From a virus (lineage: Duplodnaviria > Caudoviricetes), in the IMG/VR virus record IMGVR_UViG_3300037262_000043, positions 1 through 40,885 of that record: DNA of 40,885 nt. One strand, given 5' to 3'. How positions within the stretch are numbered: position 1 is the first letter of the stretch; every line of letters starts with the position of its first letter. A program made the translations under genes and the position numbers. The notes below the pieces were generated by a model. It was not told where the DNA came from. It worked only from the letters and a program-made list of their open reading frames with translations, and did not search any database. This document shows, piece by piece, positions 18,151-26,219 of the stretch.

Positions 18151-20262
18151 ATGGCATTGCTACAGACAGACGGTACTGAGCAGAACTCACTAACCGCACA
18201 GGACTACAAACCGGATGGGGAACTCAAGTCTCTGCACGCAGAGCTTGCGCTAGTTGTAGGAGCAGCCAAGCGCGCGGAAGAGTTCATCTCAAATAAGCAG
18301 TGGGCACTCCTGTGGCGCGACGCCGATCTTCTGTACCAAGCACCGCGTCCGATGACAGTGTACGAAAATACGTACATCCTTGAGCCCAATGTCCAGCGCT
18401 TCACTGTCGCCAAGACCGTGAACTCAATCGTCCCCCAGCTGTACAAGGGACTCTTCTATACCGACCCGCCGATGCTCCTGCGCCCTCGTTTGGGCACATC
18501 GCAGGGCGTGATCGACGCGAAGACCTGTATCTTCTCAGAGTGCCTCGACGCCTGCAACTTCAAGACAGAAGTCAAGCGCGGCCTGGAGCAGATGGCGTTC
18601 CTCGGCACCGGCATCTGGAAGTGGGGAATCGAATACAAGGAGATCATCACCACCAAGCGTAAGGCAACTACCGTAGCGATCCCGCAGCAGGGACCGAACG
18701 GTATGGCCGTAAAGTCTATACCCACACGCCAAGAGCCGAAGATCACAGAGACCATCCGCATCGCTCCGAGACCGTTCTTCGAGTCCCGTCCTGTTGATCG
18801 CGTGCTCGTAGATCCGAAGACATCGTACGGAGACATCCGCTGCGCAGACTTCGTCACCGACGTTCGCTACATGGACTTCTACGATCTGAAGGTTCTGAAG
18901 GATGCAATACAAGCACTGCCGGAAGGTCACCCGGACAAGGTAGGTTACAACCTTCCGTCCAGCGACGCCGAACTGCAGAAGTGGTGGCATTCTCCCACCG
19001 ACGCAGGAGTCGCGCAGATTCTTGCATCGACTAAGGCTACCTACGTTGACGGCATCGTCCATCACTCGGAGGACATCAACGTTCAGGTATCGCCCGACGT
19101 ATTGCGCAAGAAGCTCGAAGTCCTTGAGTATTGGGACAAGAAGCGCCGCATTCTCGTCGTGGATCGCAAGAAGGTTCTCTTCTCCGGAAAGAACCAGTAC
19201 GGCGTGATCCCTTTCCTATCAAGCAACTGGTGGAACCGTCCCAAGGCATTTTACGGGATGGGCCTCGGCTTGATCGTGGGACAGAACCAAAGAGTTGACC
19301 AAGGCACCATCAACAGTATTTTGAAGATGCTGTCCTTCGGCATCAACCCTATCTACCTTCGCAAGCGCGAAGGCAACATGCAGTCTCAGATGATTCGTAC
19401 CGGACTAGGCAAGATCCTGACCGTGGACGGAGAAGTTGAGAAGGCGTTCAAGTTGCTGGAACAGCCAAAGGTTCCAGGTGAGGTGTGGAGTGCTCTTCAG
19501 GAATCTGAGAAGTCTACTGAAAGTACATCCGGCGCAGATGCACAACTTGTGCAAGGCTCATCGGCAGGACCTAGAAGCTCTATGGGCCGAACGGCAGGAG
19601 GAGCTGCACAGCTCGCTAACGCGAGTGCAACTCGTCTTGATGGACCGCTGGATAACTTCATCGAACAAGTCTTCAAGCCATGGCTGTACGTGCTTGATAT
19701 GCTCGTATACAAGTACTTCACCGATGCAGAAATCTTTGACATCCTTGGTGAGGAACTTGGGCAAGACTTTGAAGTCGATCTTCAGAAGTTTCACGACGCG
19801 AAGATAGAATACGAAGTCCTAGCTGGTAGCTCGCTAGCAGCAAAGCGCACGATGGCGCAGTCGGTCTCGCTGATCACACAGATCTTCGAGAACCCAACCA
19901 TTCAGCAGAACCTTGCCGAGATCAACGAAGAGTACATTGATTTCAAGCAGATCCTCAACATGTGGATGGAAGCATCCGAGTGGAAGAATCGCAACGACAT
20001 CATCAAGCCGCTGACCGACGCAATGAAACAGAAGCAACAGCAGAACTCACAGGCCGCACAGGCGCAGGGTAAGCTGCAGCAGCAGATGCAGTTGAACACA
20101 CAGAAGTTCCAGCAGAAGTCACAGCTGGAAGATCAGTCAACGGACAATCGCATCAAGCGTGACGCGATCCTCGGAGCCTTCAAGGGACAGGATCTATCGG
20201 AAGCCGAGAACGGACAGCCGAGCGCGCAGGGTCTGCTAGGACAGCAGGACCAAGTACAGTAA
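18151..20262 (+). CDS. Portal protein (P22-like, with Gln-rich C-terminal extension)
   Basis: 703 aa; GTGIWK.G, VLVDP, V.EYW, PF......FYGMG, and RTAGGAAQL...ATRL......EQVFKP motifs typical of podoviral portals; Q-rich helical tail. Confidence 0.85.
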   Translation: MALLQTDGTEQNSLTAQDYKPDGELKSLHAELALVVGAAKRAEEFISNKQWALLWRDADLLYQAPRPMTVYENTYILEPNVQRFTVAKTVNSIVPQLYKGLFYTDPPMLLRPRLGTSQGVIDAKTCIFSECLDACNFKTEVKRGLEQMAFLGTGIWKWGIEYKEIITTKRKATTVAIPQQGPNGMAVKSIPTRQEPKITETIRIAPRPFFESRPVDRVLVDPKTSYGDIRCADFVTDVRYMDFYDLKVLKDAIQALPEGHPDKVGYNLPSSDAELQKWWHSPTDAGVAQILASTKATYVDGIVHHSEDINVQVSPDVLRKKLEVLEYWDKKRRILVVDRKKVLFSGKNQYGVIPFLSSNWWNRPKAFYGMGLGLIVGQNQRVDQGTINSILKMLSFGINPIYLRKREGNMQSQMIRTGLGKILTVDGEVEKAFKLLEQPKVPGEVWSALQESEKSTESTSGADAQLVQGSSAGPRSSMGRTAGGAAQLANASATRLDGPLDNFIEQVFKPWLYVLDMLVYKYFTDAEIFDILGEELGQDFEVDLQKFHDAKIEYEVLAGSSLAAKRTMAQSVSLITQIFENPTIQQNLAEINEEYIDFKQILNMWMEASEWKNRNDIIKPLTDAMKQKQQQNSQAAQAQGKLQQQMQLNTQKFQQKSQLEDQSTDNRIKRDAILGAFKGQDLSEAENGQPSAQGLLGQQDQVQ

Positions 20263-20274
20263 GCAAGGAGAGCA

Positions 20275-23200
20275 ATGCCAAATCAGTTTGGACTAGCAGG
20301 GGCGCAACCTCAAAAGCAGACAAAGTACGCCCCGATCTTCAACCCGCGAATGAGTTCAGGACTGTGGACTAACCGCTCGGCCTTGCGTGACGCGACCACA
20401 ACTCGCGATCAGGAAAAGTACTACGGTGCCAACAACGACGCTCTGATTGCGGGACTCAACGTCGAGATCACAAACAAACTGACGCTCGCGCGCCGCTACG
20501 GGAACACCCTATTTGACAGCGCGACGTACAGCGACGTGGATCGTTTCTACGACTTCCACCTATTCGGACCAATCAGCCCGTACGAACAGATCACTGTCAT
20601 GATCGATCAGGCGAATGCTTTGTACTCGCTCTACGCGCCGCAGAGCAGCGCCAAGAAGCTGGTGTGGACTAAGAGCGCCGGAGCCGGTCAAACATACATG
20701 CAGGGTGTGGGCAACACTCTCTACTTCGGAAACGGAGTGGACAACAAGAAGTGGCTCCAGACCCTCCAGCTTCAGAACGGGCAGTGGGCGGCTAATTGGC
20801 CGCTGAACACTCCGACGACTCCGTTCCTCTCGACCTTCATCATCGACCCGAACGGGAACATCCAGCAGCTCGTAGCAACGTCGGTCCCGGTCGGCAGCAT
20901 CTTCGCAAGCGCGGATGTTGTTGAAGTTTTCACACCGGTCCTGCCCCAGCCGCTATTTGATATCCTGAGCGCAGGCGACGAGGTCACCTTCCCCGGAACC
21001 CTCGGCGGCCCAGCAGTCATGGCCGCAACGTGGCTCCAGGGCGCGACGGTCACCGTCACCCAGGTCGGCTTCGCTGAGTTCACTTTCAACTTCATCACCA
21101 CAAACTACGCACAGACCGCTGAGACGGGCGTTTACTTCACGGTGTACCCTGGAGACGGGACTCCCTTCACAGGGACCACACAGCCAGCCTGGAGTCTAGC
21201 AGTCCCCACCGCAGCCAACCTTTTCAAGGGCGGCACAACGCAGGACGGCACGGCCCTTTGGGTGAACCGTGGCAACCCAGTCGAGAACTGGGGAATCGCC
21301 AATGCGACAACCCCCATCGTCCCTGTCGTACAAGAGGACGTACCATCTTGGGCAGAGAACACGTACTACTCCCCCGTGAGCGTAATTGTTGACAGCAACG
21401 GGAACTTGCAGCAAGTGGTCAAGGCAGGGCTCAGCCAGACGACAGGCACCCCTACCTGGAACCAGACGCTAGACGGCTTGACCTACGACGGCATCCCGGC
21501 AACGGCGGTGACCTGGAAGATGATTCAGTCTGCCGCCTCACTGAGCTGGCAGCCAGACTTCCCGTATCCAACCGGTAGCTTTTTGGTCGAGACTCCAGTA
21601 GCAGGTGTCGCTTCTCTTTTCACATTGCTTCCACCGACCGCCCCGTACATCAACGGCCCGGTCAGCGCGTTCTTATGGCAGGCACCGCACTCAAGCGGCG
21701 GGTCCTTTGGTGTCGGCACGTGGGATGGAGTCGATCCCTACAACAACGCCAACCCAGCGAACCCTCCATCAGGTCTTCCCTTTGGACAGACTCAACCGGG
21801 GAGTGTGAACGTCGGCAGCGTGAACAATCTAACATCGTTTGACTTCGCGATCTCGCCGACAGGCGGCAGCGGGGTATTCGTTTGGAACACGGTTGACTCA
21901 TCCGGAAACATCTCAGGGACGACGAATCCCTTCCCAGGAGCCCAGCCAGAGAACTTGTTCATCGCCATCACGGCGACCATCCAGTTCGACGCGCCAGGAA
22001 CCTACACCATCGCGGCAGCACACGGCGACGGTATGGTACTTGGCATGGGCGGCGGCGCAGTTTGCACAGCTGGCTCTCTCGCACAGAACCTAGCGGTCGC
22101 GGGAACGAACACGTCCCTGATGGGATATCCGATCTTCCCGTTCGGAAGCAACCTCAACGTTACAGCCAACGGCGACGTTCGCTGGAACGACACGTACACA
22201 ATCCAAATCCCGGTCGCAGGGCCATACCCAATCGAGATCAACCTCGCTCGCTGGGACAAGGCACAGCCCGGTCTCGCATTCACCATAAACGGCAACACGC
22301 TTCCAAGCAGCGCACCCTCGGGCAGCGGAACCTCCGGCAGCGTCGAGCCCACGTGGCCAGCGTTCAGCACGGCGTTTGCGCCGCTCTATGCGACTGTCAC
22401 GGAGTCTTCGGGCAGACTGCAGTGGAGCAACCTCGGACCGGTCTCAGACTTTGCGTGGCTGGCTGACAAGCACTTCACGCTTCCAAACACGTACGTCATC
22501 GACGCAAGCTTTGATTTCGAGTACCCATTCGGAACAGGCTACACATTGACTAGCGCTCCTACCTTCTCCACCACGAAATACGCGGTGGTCGATGATCCTA
22601 ACTATCCAGGACTAAGCTGGATCAATTACGGACCATCGGGCATAGTGCCAGCCGGAACGATCACCACCTCCAACGGAGGATGGGAATATGGAATCAGTCT
22701 CGTCAACACACTCGACGCGACCTACTCCAACTCATCTAGTCTCTCGGCACCAACAGGAGACTTCACGGCGGCGCAAGGCGTCTTCCTAGCCCCTGGGCAA
22801 GGACTTCCGCCAATCGCAGACATCGACCCGCAGTCAGACTATGTGGCAATCTGGAGAACGACAGACGGACAGAACACAGGCTTCCTAATTCCAGGATTGA
22901 ATGATTACGCCATTGGTGTTACAATACCATTGTGGCAATATCTAATGTTCGGATACACGGACACGACGACGGATGAAGAGCTGGACAACCTGATCACCGC
23001 GCCAGTACTCGGCGAGGGAACACCTCCCGCAGCAGGCGCGATCAACCTGACGTATAGCTACCAGAGACTCTGGTTCAGCGTCAACAATGTAGTGCAATGG
23101 ACCTCCGGTCCTGACATGCCCGTAGGCAACGGACTCAACGGAGTAGCACCCCTGAACTTTGATCAGCAGTCTGCGCTCGTGAAGCGCCTCGTCCCAGTGA

Positions 23201-24108
23201 CATCGGGCATGTACGTCTTCACAGTCTCGGACCTGAACCTGATCGTTGGTAACGGAACATCTAGCAACCCTTTCGAATCAGCAGTACCGTTCCTAAAGGG
23301 AACCGGACTATCGAGCTACAATGCGCTGGACGTCAATGGCGCAATCATTGGGCTCTTCACAACGGACAGCCAGTTCTGTATCATCGACCCAGCAAACGGA
23401 CTCGACACAGTCAGCATTCCGCTGGCAGATCAGTTCCAGGAAAACAACGGCACACCCGGACAATCGTGGAATCCCTCGACTGCCTACGTGGCGTGGTATG
23501 TGAATGGACAAGACCAAGCATGGTACATATCAGACGGAGTCAACGGCTGGTATAGACTGATCGCGACACCCGCTCCTGAAAACGGCGGCTACACGTGGTC
23601 ACCATTTGCTAAGATCGTTTCCGGCGTCAAGGCACTTCAGAGCATCGAAGTCACCCCAGGCAATCACAGGCTGCTTCTTGGTCCAGGCGGATCAGGCTCT
23701 ATCCTCTACCGTGACAGAACAACGAACGCGGATGACGGAGAGACCTATCCAGCGAGCGCGGTCTTCGGATCATTCGTACTCGCGCAGCCCGGACAGATCG
23801 CAATGGTACCCTACATTGTGACAGAAGAGACAGGCTTCCAGGGAACTGGAATGACTATTGGAGTCCTGATTGACGAGGCGTTGCCGGGCTATCCCGGACC
23901 GTTCGATGTCCTGAAGCACTTCAAGAACGACCCACCGAACTTGAGACCAAGCATGTCGATCCCAGCCAAGCGCTTCTATCTGTCGGAAGACGAGGACAGC
24001 GCAGCGGCGATGAGACACATGCAGATTCAGGTAAGCTGGGCAGAGGAAGACGCAGCCAACGAACTGCTGACGATGAGTATCTTTGGCGGTTACATCCAGG
24101 ATGAATAA
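20275..24108 (+). CDS. Tail nozzle / tail tubular B (P22 gp10-like) protein with inserted PA14-like and Trp-rich repeat modules
   Basis: Beta-propeller-like N- and C-terminal parts (VGNTLYFGNGVD; YQRLWFSVNN; GMYVFT). Central PA14-like segment (ATIQFDAPGTYTI...DG...GPYPIEI) and four W-rich repeats. Confidence 0.6.
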   Translation: MPNQFGLAGAQPQKQTKYAPIFNPRMSSGLWTNRSALRDATTTRDQEKYYGANNDALIAGLNVEITNKLTLARRYGNTLFDSATYSDVDRFYDFHLFGPISPYEQITVMIDQANALYSLYAPQSSAKKLVWTKSAGAGQTYMQGVGNTLYFGNGVDNKKWLQTLQLQNGQWAANWPLNTPTTPFLSTFIIDPNGNIQQLVATSVPVGSIFASADVVEVFTPVLPQPLFDILSAGDEVTFPGTLGGPAVMAATWLQGATVTVTQVGFAEFTFNFITTNYAQTAETGVYFTVYPGDGTPFTGTTQPAWSLAVPTAANLFKGGTTQDGTALWVNRGNPVENWGIANATTPIVPVVQEDVPSWAENTYYSPVSVIVDSNGNLQQVVKAGLSQTTGTPTWNQTLDGLTYDGIPATAVTWKMIQSAASLSWQPDFPYPTGSFLVETPVAGVASLFTLLPPTAPYINGPVSAFLWQAPHSSGGSFGVGTWDGVDPYNNANPANPPSGLPFGQTQPGSVNVGSVNNLTSFDFAISPTGGSGVFVWNTVDSSGNISGTTNPFPGAQPENLFIAITATIQFDAPGTYTIAAAHGDGMVLGMGGGAVCTAGSLAQNLAVAGTNTSLMGYPIFPFGSNLNVTANGDVRWNDTYTIQIPVAGPYPIEINLARWDKAQPGLAFTINGNTLPSSAPSGSGTSGSVEPTWPAFSTAFAPLYATVTESSGRLQWSNLGPVSDFAWLADKHFTLPNTYVIDASFDFEYPFGTGYTLTSAPTFSTTKYAVVDDPNYPGLSWINYGPSGIVPAGTITTSNGGWEYGISLVNTLDATYSNSSSLSAPTGDFTAAQGVFLAPGQGLPPIADIDPQSDYVAIWRTTDGQNTGFLIPGLNDYAIGVTIPLWQYLMFGYTDTTTDEELDNLITAPVLGEGTPPAAGAINLTYSYQRLWFSVNNVVQWTSGPDMPVGNGLNGVAPLNFDQQSALVKRLVPVTSGMYVFTVSDLNLIVGNGTSSNPFESAVPFLKGTGLSSYNALDVNGAIIGLFTTDSQFCIIDPANGLDTVSIPLADQFQENNGTPGQSWNPSTAYVAWYVNGQDQAWYISDGVNGWYRLIATPAPENGGYTWSPFAKIVSGVKALQSIEVTPGNHRLLLGPGGSGSILYRDRTTNADDGETYPASAVFGSFVLAQPGQIAMVPYIVTEETGFQGTGMTIGVLIDEALPGYPGPFDVLKHFKNDPPNLRPSMSIPAKRFYLSEDEDSAAAMRHMQIQVSWAEEDAANELLTMSIFGGYIQDE

Positions 24109-24359
24109 TGCCACCACTACAATCACGAGTGTTTAAGAACGGGGAGATCACACCAGGGGTCCCCCCGGTCGCACCCATCGCACCTGTACTACAAAAGCCA
24201 GCCCTGCCTCCAAGAACCGGACGCCCGACTGGATTTCAACGCAGCCCGACCCCACCAATAGCCTGGGCAGGACTGGTAGTATCCCATGAGAACTGGGTCA
24301 AGCCGCAGGTACCGCAGTTCAAAGTCTACGCGGTCATGCCTGCGAAGTTAACATCGTAA
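24108..24359 (+). CDS. Hypothetical Pro-rich protein (83 aa)
   Basis: TAATG overlap with the upstream gene; fills the intergenic gap. Confidence 0.55.
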   Translation: MPPLQSRVFKNGEITPGVPPVAPIAPVLQKPALPPRTGRPTGFQRSPTPPIAWAGLVVSHENWVKPQVPQFKVYAVMPAKLTS

Positions 24360-24372
24360 AAGGAAAGAAAAC

Positions 24373-25167
24373 ATGAGTGTAAATCTAACAACGGCCCTAC
24401 AAAATCTAGGAGGGCGTGATCCAAATTTTGTAGACCAGAAGGCAGGCGCTCCTGTTGCCCTTAGACAGAACGGACTGATCCTTGCGGACAGCGACACCGT
24501 TACTTGGGATTGCCCAGGTCCTCTGTACAACACAATCGAAGCGGCTGCCACAGCCACACTACCCACCGCAACTGGTGCAGGGCAGGTCCTCACCTCCACT
24601 GGGGCAGGCACAACCTACACCGCACAGGCGCTACCAGTGGGCTCTGCAACACAGGGCGGAATCGTTGAAGTAGACGGCACGACCATCACCGCATCAGGCG
24701 GTGTGATCAGCGCTCACTCGGGCATGACCCTGATTCAGGAAATCGTCCTCGCCACAAGTGAGACGAGCGTCACCTTCTCCGCCATTCCTCAGAGCTTCAC
24801 CAATCTCAGGCTAATATGCAACATCGACTCGGCTGAGGCCAGCGAAGCGGCGCTGAACATGACGTTCAACGGGGACACAACTACTGCTCACTACGGCTAT
24901 ATTCAATCTACGGGCAGCGTAGGAAGTGAACCCTTCATTGGGGTAGCTTCGACAGGTGTGGGAATAAACGATATCACCATTCCTAACTACACCTCATCGT
25001 TCCCGAAGAGAGCCGTTGGTGTGGGCAACGACCCTTCACTTCTGATAACCACAGGAATGGGTTGGACCACTGACGGAACTGGAGCAATCACGTCCATTAC
25101 GATCAACACACAGAACGTCGCCAACATGCTGACTGGGTCTACGTTCTCTTTGTACGGCTTGGCATAA
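24373..25167 (+). CDS. Tail fibre-like protein
   Basis: GQVLTSTG and AT.GGIV.VDGTTI fibre motifs; C-terminal SVTFSAIPQSFTNL...AITSITI...GSTFSLYG domain common in phage fibres. Confidence 0.65.
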   Translation: MSVNLTTALQNLGGRDPNFVDQKAGAPVALRQNGLILADSDTVTWDCPGPLYNTIEAAATATLPTATGAGQVLTSTGAGTTYTAQALPVGSATQGGIVEVDGTTITASGGVISAHSGMTLIQEIVLATSETSVTFSAIPQSFTNLRLICNIDSAEASEAALNMTFNGDTTTAHYGYIQSTGSVGSEPFIGVASTGVGINDITIPNYTSSFPKRAVGVGNDPSLLITTGMGWTTDGTGAITSITINTQNVANMLTGSTFSLYGLA

Positions 25168-25180
25168 TCCTTGAGGAGGG

Positions 25181-25585
25181 ATGATGATCACAGATAGGCT
25201 CTTATACGCAGACGACATTCCGTACCTGGAAGTAAGTCTTTTGAAAGATGAAGCTCACCACGAAACACCTGTTAGTTTCTTCACACAAGAGGGAGCTATG
25301 ACGAGAGTGCACGAAGATGAGAAGGGACCTATCGCCTTCTCCCGTGCAGTGAAGTCTCTACGCATTGACGTGCACTTCTGCTACAATGACGACGAGAAAC
25401 GAAACGCAGCCGCGCTGATCGAGGGCCTTAACAAGCTAGCGCCGATTGCGAAGTCCAGCGGATACAGTGAGATCGTGTTTACAACGAACGTCGAGAAGCT
25501 GGCATACTTTGGAAGGGACGTACTGGGCTATGAAATCGTGCCCGACGCCTTTGTACTACGGAAGCAATTGACCGAGAAGGAATAA
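25181..25585 (+). CDS. GNAT-like protein preceding ejection proteins (T7 gp13 / P22 gp14 position); start may be 25184
   Basis: 134 aa; pattern AK..GY.EI.F.T....L..F....LGY resembles a degenerate GNAT; position directly before an MC-starting internal virion protein. Confidence 0.5.
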   Translation: MMITDRLLYADDIPYLEVSLLKDEAHHETPVSFFTQEGAMTRVHEDEKGPIAFSRAVKSLRIDVHFCYNDDEKRNAAALIEGLNKLAPIAKSSGYSEIVFTTNVEKLAYFGRDVLGYEIVPDAFVLRKQLTEKE

Positions 25586-25586
25586 C

Positions 25587-26210
25587 ATGTGCGGAGCAAC
25601 AGGCGCTCAGAAAAATCTACAAACATCAACGACGAGTGCGTACGATACCGCCCTTAGTCAGGCATCCTCGGTATTCGGGGATTCCAGCACCGCCTTCAAT
25701 GACCTGATGTCATCCTATGCGCCGACCATCGCCGCTGGGCCGTCGCAGTACGGATTCAGCAGTCAGGAAGACGCGAACCTCCGTTCCAGTGCAATCACGT
25801 CTGTGGGTCAGTCCTACAAGAACGAGAAGCAGGCAGTCGGAGAGGACATCGCAGCCACGGGCGGCGGAACATCTACCCTACCGGGTGGAGCTTCGGTCGG
25901 AGCCAACCTATCACTTGCAGAGAACGCAGGCAACCAGACAGCATCAGAACTCAGTCAGATTACACAGGCAGGGTACGCGCAGGGCAACAAGAACTACGAC
26001 ACGGCAGTGCAGGGGGCGACGCAGGCACCGGGAGTATTCGGAGCAGCCGATTCCGCCACAAGCGCGGCAACAGGCGCTGGTACATCAGCGGCGAACCAGA
26101 CCAATCAGGTTGCAGCTTCGGCTCAGTCTCCTTGGCAGCTGGCTTCGAGCGTTCTCGGAGATGCAGCAGGCGCAGCATCAGCAGGCGTTACAAAGTGGGC
26201 AACAGCATAA
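25587..26210 (+). CDS. Internal virion / ejection protein (T7 gp14 / P22 gp7-like)
   Basis: Starts MCG; Ala/Gly/Ser/Gln-rich; first of the ejection-protein cluster. Confidence 0.6.
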   Translation: MCGATGAQKNLQTSTTSAYDTALSQASSVFGDSSTAFNDLMSSYAPTIAAGPSQYGFSSQEDANLRSSAITSVGQSYKNEKQAVGEDIAATGGGTSTLPGGASVGANLSLAENAGNQTASELSQITQAGYAQGNKNYDTAVQGATQAPGVFGAADSATSAATGAGTSAANQTNQVAASAQSPWQLASSVLGDAAGAASAGVTKWATA

Positions 26211-26219
26211 AGGAAACCA

